Of a DNA stretch of 64,000 nucleotides, positions 12,248 to 23,044 are shown piece by piece. The first letter of the stretch is position 1. Each line of letters begins with the position of its first letter. Below the pieces are notes generated by a model, which had not been told where the DNA came from, did no database searches, and saw only the letters and a list, made by a program, of their open reading frames with translations. The position numbers and the translations under genes were made by a program. This DNA is from Lophium mytilinum (Eukaryota): contig MU004190.1 in assembly GCA_010093605.1 (NCBI GenBank), positions 1,054,001 to 1,118,000 of the forward strand, in the 5' to 3' direction.

Positions 12248-13375
12248 TCATTTGATATCTGCACCAATTCTGCTAAATTTTAGTACATAGCTTTCCCCAG
12301 CGGCTTCCCAAAAGTTAGCTTGGTCATAATCAGCACGCTTTGAAAATGTTGAATCACCTGGCACCTTTTCGGTCCTCGTAGAGTTCTTCCTATGGAAGAC
12401 TCTGCTCACTAAGCTTCTCTGGCCCCCGCCTTTCACAGCGTCCTGATTCTCGGTCTTGGCTGGCGGCTTAAGAGCAGTTCGTAGCTTGAGCGGTGCCATG
12501 GCCCCCGCCGGCAACGATTGAGCAGCCAACGTGTCCAGAAGCAGCAACGCATACGGCCTCTTCTCCTCGCCCGCTGGAAGATCTGTCCACCGCTCCTTAC
12601 AGTGCCCACAGACGATACTGACATCACAGAAGCGATAGCAGATCTTGTCCACAATGACCGGAACACACCACGCCTTTCGGATAGTTGTCCACCTCTGACC
12701 GCCCGGCTTGTCGATTGACCAAGGAACTTTACCGCAGCAGCATCGCTTGTCGATTTTTCGGAAGTAGGTGATGTATCCATTTTCCACTACGGCTTCGATG
12801 GTCGACTTCTGGGGAATGATTGACGAGAAGACGTCGGCATTCTGAGCCTCGGTGATATAGGGACTGAAGATTGGAGGGTCTTCTATGTTCCATTCAGATC
12901 GTGGCTCTCCTATTTTGATGACCAAAGGCTCTGGTAGATTCCATTCGGCTGCTCGGGTTGGGTACTTGGAGAGGGAGTAGGAGCTGTGGAGGACTATATG
13001 ATAGTCGCCACCAGCTTCTTCACTGCCGTCGACCCAGGTTTTGTGGCAGCTGATACATCTCGTAGATATGGTGGCGAAAAGATAGCAGACATTGCCGTCT
13101 TTAACGGGAAAGTAGTCATAATCGTATGGGCGCAACTCCATGTTGTGGTCGTTGTTTAGAAGTCTGGCCGGCTCATGCCAGCAGCTGCGGCACACATTCT
13201 CGACCACCTGGAAGCAGAGCATCTCAGACCCGTTGTGAGCTAGCTCGACTATCTTGCGGTCGCCATTACACCTGCCTCGATCGTCTGCGTCCGCTAGACC
13301 TATTGGATGCCGTCGGAGAAGGGAAGCGGTTTCTTGAAGTCGTCGGGGGCTCGGATATTGGTAAGGGCGAGGCAT
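12248..13375 (-). CDS. Hypothetical protein with four CxxC-type modules, internally duplicated (CxxC family member 3)
   Basis: ATG at 13375 (MPRPYQ); FQVVENVCRSC, FATISTRCISCHKTW, FRKIDKRCCCGKVPW, FCDVSIVCGHCKERW. Confidence 0.75.
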   Translation of the reverse strand: MPRPYQYPSPRRLQETASLLRRHPIGLADADDRGRCNGDRKIVELAHNGSEMLCFQVVENVCRSCWHEPARLLNNDHNMELRPYDYDYFPVKDGNVCYLFATISTRCISCHKTWVDGSEEAGGDYHIVLHSSYSLSKYPTRAAEWNLPEPLVIKIGEPRSEWNIEDPPIFSPYITEAQNADVFSSIIPQKSTIEAVVENGYITYFRKIDKRCCCGKVPWSIDKPGGQRWTTIRKAWCVPVIVDKICYRFCDVSIVCGHCKERWTDLPAGEEKRPYALLLLDTLAAQSLPAGAMAPLKLRTALKPPAKTENQDAVKGGGQRSLVSRVFHRKNSTRTEKVPGDSTFSKRADYDQANFWEAAGESYVLKFSRIGADIK

Positions 13376-14107
13376 GTTTTCAGGATCCACAGATGTGTCT
13401 CAGAAAGATGAGGCTCTGGGTTGATATAAGGCTGGATGAACCTGGTGGATATATTTTCTGGTGGTGGATTTAAGGAGTGAGAGTGAGCCTTGGGGGGTAA
13501 GCGAGTGGTAAGTTACTGCTTTAGGTGTACGCTCTACCACTGCCTTGTGAGCACTACCACAAAGTCGGTGAAATATGCCACGAACTCGGTGAAGTTGGCT
13601 TGCTGGCTGACCATTCAGAAGGAGTCTATGCGCGTTTCAGCTTCACTCATTGGCTACCATGTGACTTTGAAATCCACGTCACTTTTGTGCACGAGACACC
13701 ATGCAACCCTTGGTAATTCCCTCTCTCACTGGCCCCCATCCTGCAATATATCAACGTCGTACTGTATGGTTTTGAAAGGTGGCGAGTTGAATAATGTGTT
13801 GATTGGCAGGTAAGCATATAGTAGGCTGACGCCAGTCCTGCAAGGCTGATGACGCTAGATCATGACCGCTTTTTAGCTGATCCACGTAGGCTGAGGCTCA
13901 AATCAAGAAAATGATTGGTACCCATAAGGAATAAACGTACAGATACAATGACTCCGTACTGCTAAGTGTAGGTAAGCAAATAGCCGCAAGAGCAGCAGCT
14001 GAAGAGCACGTGACCTGGCGCTTCCATCATCGTTTTGTCCTGTATATTTACTACCCATCTACCTTGCAAGTATTAAAAACGAGTTCGTCTTACTGCTCCA
14101 TTTAACG

Positions 14108-14797
14108 TTATAGATCAACATCAAAATCTTCGACTAGCAGAACTTCATCAACATCCTCTACCTGGGTCCAGCCCTCTTCATCAGAGTCCTTCGATTCTCG
14201 GCCAACCTGGATGTGCACATCCTCAGAATCCTCATATAAAGTTCGAGTGAAGGTCCATAGTACTTTCGCTAATTCACTCTGAACACTTTTCCCGTCGCGG
14301 GAATGACTTCCTAGTGTCGCTTTGTCCTTGAGAGCCGCCTCCTGGAACCTTTCGATCCACTCATTGTCCATGATTATGGCGATACCGTTCTCTTTTATCG
14401 CAATCTTGGTCTCTAGTTGCTTGGCTGAAAATGATAGCCTGATAGCGCCTTCCGGGCATCCGGCCGCAGGTAGGGGAGTTGCATCGACACCAACGGACGT
14501 CGAATATTGAGGAATCGGTGTCAACATGACTTTTGAAGTCGAAGCAAACTCCAGAGGTGGCGTTAAAGTGATATCTGTTGTCAGAGCGTCTTGTCCGAAG
14601 CCGTCACTCTCGAAGCCTTCTTCCTTGAAGTGGGCTAGGAAAATGGAGTATAAAGTTGAGGAGTCCATGTTCTTGGTGGGGAGAGGGCTCGCCTTGGTTG
14701 CTTGATCGGAAGGTTTTATGGAATCAGAAAGTGCGCTCATAGGCACGATAGGAAACGTTGACAGCCGGTCATGTGCGCGTTGGCACCCTCGTGGCAT
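14108..14797 (-). CDS. Hypothetical acidic protein (true start may be the downstream MSALS or MDSST)
   Basis: 229-aa ORF; acidic tail DSDEEGWTQVEDVDEVLLVEDFDVDL. Confidence 0.6.
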   Translation of the reverse strand: MPRGCQRAHDRLSTFPIVPMSALSDSIKPSDQATKASPLPTKNMDSSTLYSIFLAHFKEEGFESDGFGQDALTTDITLTPPLEFASTSKVMLTPIPQYSTSVGVDATPLPAAGCPEGAIRLSFSAKQLETKIAIKENGIAIIMDNEWIERFQEAALKDKATLGSHSRDGKSVQSELAKVLWTFTRTLYEDSEDVHIQVGRESKDSDEEGWTQVEDVDEVLLVEDFDVDL

Positions 14798-14962
14798 TTC
14801 TCCTACGTAGCAAGCAGTCGTTTTCGCCTCGTGGAGATACCTTCACTTTCTTACACCTCGTTGAGCCCTTACCAACATCCTCGACATACCATATCCCAAC
14901 TCTTACAGCTTTGTGAAGATAAAGTAAACACTTAAAGGGTTCCAACATCGATAAACGACAAA

Positions 14963-15361
14963 ATGCCCTTCCCTTTCAGCTCACTCTTCCCTCAAAAGAA
15001 GAGATACTATCACCCCGACTTCGGCTACGTCGAACCAAGAGACTTCCACAGACTCTCGCATCGGGCAGACTTCCACCCCACTGGCTACTACGGCTCGGCA
15101 GGCGTGTTTCAAGGTAATGAGTTCCACGCACAGGAGCATCAAGCGCGTGAAATGCAACGAGAGCAAGAGCAAGAATACCAGCGGCAGGAGCATGAAATGC
15201 AGCGGCAACAAGCACGCGAATATCGCCGAAAGATGGCACGCGAGCAGCGTGAGATGGGTGGCGCTCACCGTGAGCGCAATATGGGTAGGCGAGACATGCA
15301 GGAAGGTGGGTATGGCCGGCCAAGAGGTCGTAGAAACCGTCGGGCTCCGGAATATGACTAG
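14963..15361 (+). CDS. Small hypothetical protein, Q/E/R-rich coiled coil with RG-rich tail
   Basis: 132-aa ORF with ACAAAATG start context and biased low-complexity composition. Confidence 0.6.
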   Translation: MPFPFSSLFPQKKRYYHPDFGYVEPRDFHRLSHRADFHPTGYYGSAGVFQGNEFHAQEHQAREMQREQEQEYQRQEHEMQRQQAREYRRKMAREQREMGGAHRERNMGRRDMQEGGYGRPRGRRNRRAPEYD

Positions 15362-15565
15362 GAATGCCCGAATTATAGTTTTAGAGGCCCTGATGAGTGG
15401 TAACGGGGTGATGAGAACCCGGAAGTAGATAGTGAAAGTGAAACAAATAGCTTGACAGTGTTGGGCTGACTATCGTTGGATAGCAAGCAACCAAATCTGA
15501 AGCATCCAAAACTGAATGTGATGCCCTGACCTTCTCAAATATGCTATAGCCGAAGGAATGTCAGC

Positions 15566-16180
15566 ATGTCTTTTCCAAATTCCTACTCCGACCCTTGTCA
15601 TTATCACCGCCCCTCAGACCATCATCGCCATCATCCTCAGGAAGACCACCGAGAAACGGTGTACAGCAGCTACAAACTTGTTCCTCAGAGGCAGATTCGC
15701 TGCGACAGAGATCCTGGAGGAGTGTACTACTCCAGATACGATCCCTTCCGTGAGGGGCACCCGAGACTGAAGCACTTCAACATGAGCCCGCGGGAACACA
15801 GAAGGATCGATCGGACCCATTTCATGGTTCCCGACCAGCGCAGACCTCACGACTATACCTCGGCGCAGGATCCCCGAGACTTCGCCACTTACCAACACGG
15901 CTATGCAATTAGCAATGGTGATGGCGTGAGCAACACGAAAGCTGTATCTCGGTACGATCGCCACGTTGAAGATGTCGGATACGGTTTGTCCTCGGGTCTT
16001 TGCTGTGCGGAGCAGTATTCTGAACATACAAACTTCCAGATGCATGGCCAAGAGTTTGACGTATACTCTTATCGACACAAGCCCCGCGGTGACGGCATCG
16101 AACGCGTAGACCATATTGTTGATCTATGCAAAGCCGACTTGAGTAGATTAGGCGGGTTTCCAGTCATAATCAGCTTGTAA
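15566..16180 (+). CDS. Hypothetical His/Tyr/Arg/Asp-rich protein
   Basis: 204-aa ORF; no recognised domain. Confidence 0.55.
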   Translation: MSFPNSYSDPCHYHRPSDHHRHHPQEDHRETVYSSYKLVPQRQIRCDRDPGGVYYSRYDPFREGHPRLKHFNMSPREHRRIDRTHFMVPDQRRPHDYTSAQDPRDFATYQHGYAISNGDGVSNTKAVSRYDRHVEDVGYGLSSGLCCAEQYSEHTNFQMHGQEFDVYSYRHKPRGDGIERVDHIVDLCKADLSRLGGFPVIISL

Positions 16181-16520
16181 GGCCTCATACGCTATCAAAG
16201 AATATGTTTTGTGTAGAGATATCATCGTACCTAGAGTTTCGAAAAGCCTAACAGCGAAGAATGCATGTACTTAAGCTCCTTTTTTAGAGTATGAATGCCA
16301 CTGTCAGGTATACCCCGGCTCGAACATCTCCGATTCGTCAAAAGGTAGCGCAATTTCCGTTGTGCGGACTTCTGGCCACTTTCAATTGGCAAGTTTCCAT
16401 ATTCCGTCTACTCCGCGGTCTGTAATGACACATACGCAACAGAAACATGCCAGTGCTCGCAATTTAATGGCTAGTTGTAGATGGATTGGTTTCTGTATTT
16501 GTACCCTACTTGATAGCTGC

Positions 16521-17373
16521 TTACGCTTCCGGTGGATCGTAGGTCTTCGGCTTCGTATCCTTAATCGCTGGGTTGACTTTGAATGGCTCCAAGATGCCTA
16601 ACCAATCTAAAAGAGCCACAGTAGCAGCAGTGCACGGTATAGCGAGGAAACCGATCAGAATCAGTGTTGGCAGATCTGGTGTAGGTTTACTAGATTTCTC
16701 TTCTCGCGGTAAATGAGAATCTAATTGTTTCATGCTCCGAGCGCTGAAGTCCCGAAGACTCTCCCCTGGTTTAGGAGGATCTTTCAGCAGTTCTTCCCAA
16801 ATGGTTTTAGTGAACCCTTTGTTCGTCTTTTGCGCTGTCTGCTTGACACTGTCGTCTTCGCGGTCAAAATCCAAAGCTACCACTTCGCTCCATGCCTCCA
16901 CCTGGGCCGGACTCAGTATCGGGACCTTCAAGCGGCTGTTGGCACTGATCGCTCGTAATACTGTGTGCCGTGCTCGGAAAAGGGCAAAGCCAGGCTGCTG
17001 GCCCCCAGGGTTATCCATGATCTCCTTGATCCGGCCGAGGTCCGCTAAATCAGCCAGATTGGTGAGTTCATCGTGGGATACCGCGCCGGAGATGGTGTTT
17101 TCCGGCCCTTGGAGTCGTTTTAGGATTTCGAGTTCAACCTGACGACTGGCGCGTGAAATGGAGGGTTGGTCCGCAGCTAGTCTAAAAAGGAAGGGACACG
17201 GTTAGACAATCATTGAGAGTTATAGGCCCTTCGCGACGGTACAAAATTAGGACAGCTTACCTTTGGGAGGTAAATCCTCGATTGAGGGACCAAGGGAAGG
17301 CTCGAATTGTTGATGCTGTGGGAGCGGATCGCGTCGCGAAGACTCTCGGTGCAGTTCTCGAAAAGGCAGCCAT
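16521..17373 (-). CDS. Hypothetical protein with mitochondrial-presequence-like N-terminus and a C-terminal hydrophobic segment; intron 17182-17260
   Basis: Exon 1 MAAFSRTAPRVFATRSAPTASTIRAFPWSLNRGFTSQR (R/S/T/A-rich, no acidic residues); GTAAGC...CTAAC...TTTAG intron joins in frame to the 16521 ORF; LILIGFLAIPCTAATVALL. Confidence 0.65.
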
Positions 17374-17834
17374 CAGTACAGGAGGATATTCAACGGTACA
17401 GCAAGCTATAGAACAAGCTGTCAGAGGGGTCGCAGCTACATCGGAGTTGTGCCGAACGAGGTGGTGTTAATTAGCAAAGAAGCGAACGGGTTGTACTACA
17501 GGTTGACGTCTATCTGATGTCGCTCTGCGTAGATATCAGCACGCTAAAACCTCCAGCCTCCAAGATCTCACGACTCAATCATCCCCTGGACCACATGCAT
17601 AGGTAGACAGTTCCGAAAGGTCAAAGCAGTCCTATTGATGTATTTCACATAACATGGAGTACCCAGCCAGCAATGCTATTGTCCCGGAACTCGGCCACAC
17701 TGACTTCCATACCACTGACGACACCGCCTGACCATCACCTGATAATTCCACAGCCCCCATGAATCTCTACACATGCCTTCCGAGTCTTCCTGTTCCCTTA
17801 AACTCTTATACATGGCCGCTCTGCACTGCTCACC

Positions 17835-19352
17835 ATGAGTAGGACCCGCGCGCTTACTCTCATAGTTCTCTCCCTTCTCGGCATCTTTGCGGCATACCAC
17901 TATAACCGCTCCACCATGGCTACCACCCCCAAACTCATCCCAACCAGCGCACTCGCTAAGAACGGGGCAATAGTCGTCGGTTCAGGCCTCGCTGGCCTCT
18001 CAGCCGCCTCCCAACTAATTGCAGCGAATATCCCCGTCCGTCTGCTTGAGCGGAACGCAAAGCCAGGCGGTAACTCCATCAAAGCCTCATCCGGCATCAA
18101 TGGCGCCCCTACTCCCTTCCAGCCTGGTCCTCCAGACACAGAATTCTACGCCGACACCGTTAAATCAACGGGCCACGCCATGAGCACAGCCCGCGAGCAC
18201 CGCGAAAAGCTAATTGGCACACTCACCAACTCTTCCGCCTCAGCAGTCACGTGGCTCACAACTACCCACGGCATCGACCTCAGCAAAGTCGCTCAATTGG
18301 GTGGCCACTCCCGCGCTCGAACACACAGGGGAGCGGGCGGGACACCCCCGGGATTCGCCATCGTTTCGACTCTCCTCAAAAGCCTGAAAGCAAGCCCACT
18401 TTTTGAGCTCAAGACTTCCTGCACCGTAAACCGCCTCTTGCTTTCCGGCGCCTCCATCACAGGCGTCGAGTACACCTGCAGCTCGCCCGAAGCTGAAAGC
18501 ACCACCTCAGAGCTCCATGGACCTGTCATAGTAACCACAGGAGGTTTCGCAGGCGACGACACCGGCCTCCTAGCCACCCACCGCCCTGACCTCGCAAACT
18601 TCCCATCAACCAACGATCCCGCGCCGGGGTCTACGCATCTCCTAACCTCCGTCGGTGCGCAGCTGCTCGACATGTCCAGCGTCCAGGTCCACCCGACCGG
18701 CTTCGTGGATCCCGCGACCCCGCTCTCCCCGCTGAAGTTCCTCGCCGCAGAAGTGTTGCGTGGGGAGGGCGGGATTCTACTCCACGACGGGGAGCGCTTT
18801 TTCAACGAATTGGACACGCGTGAGAAAGTCACGGCTGCAATTTTGAAGAACGATCCGGTTGAGGAGAAGCCGAAGCAGTGGGATGTGCTATTAGTGTTAG
18901 ATGAGGGGGTTTATGAGGCTGCGAAGTCGCATATTGATTTCTACATCTTCAAGGGGCTGGTGCGGAAGACGACAATTGGGGACCTGGGGGATAAAGCATT
19001 GGCTACGATCAGCGAGTACGCGGATGTGGTTGCCGGCAAGCACGAAGACAAGCTTGGCCGGACTGCTTTCGCGGATTGGGAGCTGTTGGAGCCGAAGGCG
19101 GACTCGATAGTGTACGTAGGGAGAGTGACGCCGGTGGTGCATTTCACGATGGGCGGCGTGGTTATTAGCGAGAAGGCTGAGGTGCTAGACGCGCAAGGAG
19201 TGCCCATTGAGGGCGTCTGGGCCGCTGGAGAGGTAACTGGAGGCGTGCATGGAGGGAACAGGCTAGGTGGGTCGAGCTTGTTAGAATGTGTGGTCTTTGG
19301 GAGGAATGCAGGAGAGAGGGTGGTAGAGTATATCAAGAATGAAGGAAAGTAA
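17835..19352 (+). CDS. OSM1: FAD-dependent fumarate reductase (Osm1/Frd1-like, flavocytochrome c flavin subunit family)
   Basis: IVVGSGLAGL, GGNSIKASSGING, LGGHSRARTHRG, VQVHPTG, EVLRGEGG, HFTMGG, GVHGGNRLGGSSLLECVVFGR; N-terminal hydrophobic segment. Confidence 0.9.
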   Translation: MSRTRALTLIVLSLLGIFAAYHYNRSTMATTPKLIPTSALAKNGAIVVGSGLAGLSAASQLIAANIPVRLLERNAKPGGNSIKASSGINGAPTPFQPGPPDTEFYADTVKSTGHAMSTAREHREKLIGTLTNSSASAVTWLTTTHGIDLSKVAQLGGHSRARTHRGAGGTPPGFAIVSTLLKSLKASPLFELKTSCTVNRLLLSGASITGVEYTCSSPEAESTTSELHGPVIVTTGGFAGDDTGLLATHRPDLANFPSTNDPAPGSTHLLTSVGAQLLDMSSVQVHPTGFVDPATPLSPLKFLAAEVLRGEGGILLHDGERFFNELDTREKVTAAILKNDPVEEKPKQWDVLLVLDEGVYEAAKSHIDFYIFKGLVRKTTIGDLGDKALATISEYADVVAGKHEDKLGRTAFADWELLEPKADSIVYVGRVTPVVHFTMGGVVISEKAEVLDAQGVPIEGVWAAGEVTGGVHGGNRLGGSSLLECVVFGRNAGERVVEYIKNEGK

Positions 19353-19707
19353 GGTTCATTTAATAGTCTGAATGTGAGAAATAAACTCCACTTCCTTTTC
19401 GAAGTCGCCATGACGCCAGGCGATAACAGGTTTAGCGTGTTACTAGAGTGTGTTAAGGGTAGTTCGTGCATCACGTACTCCCGTTTCCAATCCTTTCTCA
19501 TCTTCAACCCCGAAGGATCGTGAGAGAAGAGCGTATATCGAGAAATGGAGAGCATGTGATGGGAGAAAGAGGATAGCATGAAATACGGCAATATCGTGCC
19601 CTTGTTTAAGTGTTGCGAAAATGTATATACTAGTGAGAACGTTTCGTGATTCAACGCATAATAAGTGAGGTGGAAAGAAAATACTTCGTGCCCTCACCAA
19701 GATCCTT

Positions 19708-22700
19708 CTAGAGCTTCCACCCCCATAACCAAGCCTCCAAAAGATCGACCGTGATTGGCTCAAAGTCAACTCTAGAGGCCGCCGCCGCTCTTTTTCTATC
19801 CGCCGGGGACCAGTGATACCCCATACCGTCCCCAAACACCCTATACGCCTCCAAGAACCCTAGCGCCCCCGTCTCCATTACATCCATATCCCCCTCTTTC
19901 CCTCTCCTCTCCAACTCTCCCACCCACTCCGACAAGCTCACCGTCCTCAAATTCATCCTAAACCTCTCCCTCAACGTCCTGACCACAATATCCCAGGGCT
20001 TAGGCCTCGGATGCACAAGGTTGAACACCCGCGGTTCCTGATCCTGTCCCCCATCTTTAGTATCTACGACCTCCCTCACCATTTCCGCGAGCTGGTCTAC
20101 CGGCGCCCAATCAGCCATGACAACGCGCTCAGGAACAATTCCCATAACCCTAGACGCCCGAATCAGCGAACGCAGCCACTCCTGCTCCGCCCACAGCCCC
20201 TTCCTCAGATCAGCCGGCCCACCCATCTGGCCAATGCGGAGAATATCAACAGGCACTGCTGACCGCTGGCACGCGATCTCGAGCATGCGTTCACAGACCC
20301 ATTTGCCTTCGGAGTAGCCCCGTCTTAGCGCTGACCCCGGGTTATCAATCGGTGACTCCATATATAGGGCGTCATCAGGTTTGACATGCATCTCGTTTCT
20401 GGCCGCGCAAGCAGAGGAGATGAAGACAATGCGGGGCCGGCGAATACTAGTGACGGACCAGTCGATGACGTGACGAAGGCCACAGATGAAGGGCGTTTCG
20501 AAAGCCTCGAGCGGGCTGGCAAAGTCCGGCTTCCAGGCGTTGTAAAGTATGACGTCGACATCATCTATTAGAATTTTGCAGAGGTTGTGGTCGAGTGAGA
20601 GGTTTGGGAGGCTGATATCGATGGGTAAGTAAGCTGCTTTGAAAGCAGCGGGGTGTGAAGCGGCAACGGGCGGAGGAGAAGCGGGATAGGTATCCATGCA
20701 GTATATTTTTGACACCCAGGGAGACTCTAGAAGGGAGAGAAGGAGATGGGATCCGAAATAGCCTTCATAGCCAATCAGAGCGATATGCTTTGGGAAGAGG
20801 AGGGGGGGCTGGGGTATTGCGGCCCTGGCGATTAGCCCTGATGTATGTTTTTTGACCATTGCTTGCATGCTGATGAAGCGGACGTCATTGTTGTCTTGAC
20901 TAGGAACGCCTTTCAGAGTGAGGAACTTGTAGACAGCAGTCGTTATTCCCTGAACTGTTGAATTTAGGTAAATCATTCGTGGTGATATCCACGAGACATC
21001 AGCGGTCGGTAAGACTATTTGTAGACCAAATCTGAGCCTTGCGACGATCTCACCAATTTGGAGATAATCAAGGCCGTGAGAGAGGAGATCCTTGCGAGAG
21101 CCTGCTTCTGTTGATGCCAGGAAGCACTGAGAAAGGATGTCATGGACGAACCGTGCAACATCTTCCATCTTGAATGTTTTTTCGGTCGAAGGCGTCAAAG
21201 GAAATCCAACATCCGGATTTGCAACCCTGTCCTGAGAGTACAAATGGTCGAGTTCCAACTCATAGAGTTGCTCCGTCAGCTTTCTGACGATAGTGCCCTT
21301 GGAAGCTCTGGCGAAGGGCTTCTCCGGGTTTGCTACTAGTATTCTGGATCGAAGTATCTTTCCTTGCACTGGGGCAAGCCGATTGGCCTCTTTTACGAGT
21401 GGCCACACAAGATCCAGGATTCGCTCCCGTGCTACGTCCACGTTCAATGCTAGCTCAACCATCAGCGCCGGCTGAGGTCTACCTTGGCCGACAACAAGGG
21501 CACCGGTTAGGAGCGAAATATTTTGAAGGGCCATCTCTATGGGAACAGCGTTGAGAGTATGGGCGCCGGAAAGAACTATGATGTCATCCTTACGGCCATA
21601 GTATCGCCAGAGGTTCGGCTTGGTCGGATGGGGACTGAACAGGTCCCTGGTGTGATACCGGGTAGTACCAGGCAGACTGTGGTATAAGCCGATGAAGTCC
21701 TTGGTTTTTTTATCCACACTAACTACAAGCTCAAATGTCTGCTCTTGATCACCTGTCTTCTCCATTTGAACATTCATGTATGGATTCCATTCCACCCAAC
21801 TCCAGTCCTCTGGTCCCGGAGCAAGGTGAGGCAGGCAAAGTATTTCAGTAGATCCATAGAAATTGATTATGTCGGTCACTTGGCGGATCCGTTCTGCTAT
21901 GCCTAACGACAATGGTCCTCCGGTAAAGACGAGATGAGCCAATCCTCGGAATACATCTAGTCCGCCTGGCTCGAGGAATAAATTTTCGATAGTCGCGGGT
22001 GGAAGATAGAGTACTCGGATGTTCTGGTGGCTTCGTATTTCTTTTATAAGGTAGACACTTGGAGGCATAAGGGGTGGGCCTAAAACTGGAAACGCCGATG
22101 AAAAAAGCGGGCCAACTTCGATAGAGTCAGCAGAATATTCATTCATCGGACTCGCAAAGGTCAGCTTACCCACTAAAGCTATGAATCCAGCAAGCTACCC
22201 CTTCGTAAGCATAAGACCTACCAGTCCACATTACAAGCTTACATGATAGTGAGGGAGTACGCTATAGAAGCGACCCCAAGTGTTCCACGACGAAAAGTCC
22301 TGGTTCTCTCTTCCCGGAGTGCTTGGGAGATTTCGCTGATTATCAAGGACTGCAAATGAGCCATGTGTCAGAAAAATAGGCTTAGGGTGACCTGTTACGT
22401 ATCAGCGTTGCCGATATCATCCATCATTTCAACTACCTGTCGATCCCGATGAATGCATTATTGCCACTTCTCTCCGACTATGCGTATCGAAACGCTCGTT
22501 ATACTGATACAGTTTGGGAGTACTGTACAGCATCTCCCTGAATGCCGGAATCTCATCGCCGATTAGAGAGGGCTGGATAGCATGTAGTTGCCGAACCAAA
22601 GGACTGACTTCTTCCGCGTAAAGAAGTTGGTAGCAGTAGGTCTGCTGAAGCAACGAGATGTTTGTTGCAGAGAGGTTTCTGATGGATAGGAACAAGACCT

Positions 22701-23044
22701 AGAGCGGTCAGTGCATACTTCAAGCGAGGTGAAAGTATGATCACCTTGTATCCACACTTCACGGCAGCTAAAAACATGATGGCGCCTCGCAAATCGGGAA
22801 TGCCTAAATAACCTAACGTCTCGTACGTAAGGCTCACCCCCTTTTTGTATGTAATCCAGTGAGCCATATAGTCAACGCAACGGGCCATATCAGCACAGGT
22901 AATGTCCATGAAGCCGTCCGAGAGGTCCGGCGAACGTGGGATGGCAGCAAAAAGTCGGCCGGGGTCGGAACGGGAGTACTCGTCGAGCGCTTGTGGTAAA
23001 GTTCGTTTCCCATAGTCAACTTCCGCCGTCGGCGCCGATGTCAT
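19708..23044 (-). CDS. NRPS-like carboxylic acid reductase (adenylation - carrier - NAD-binding reductase), 3 introns in the 5' part
   Basis: A-domain motifs MHSSGSTG, FYGSTE, YHTRDLF, YGRKDD, RASKG; reductase GYEGYFG, FISS, GYSEGKW, RIGQMGG. Confidence 0.9.
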
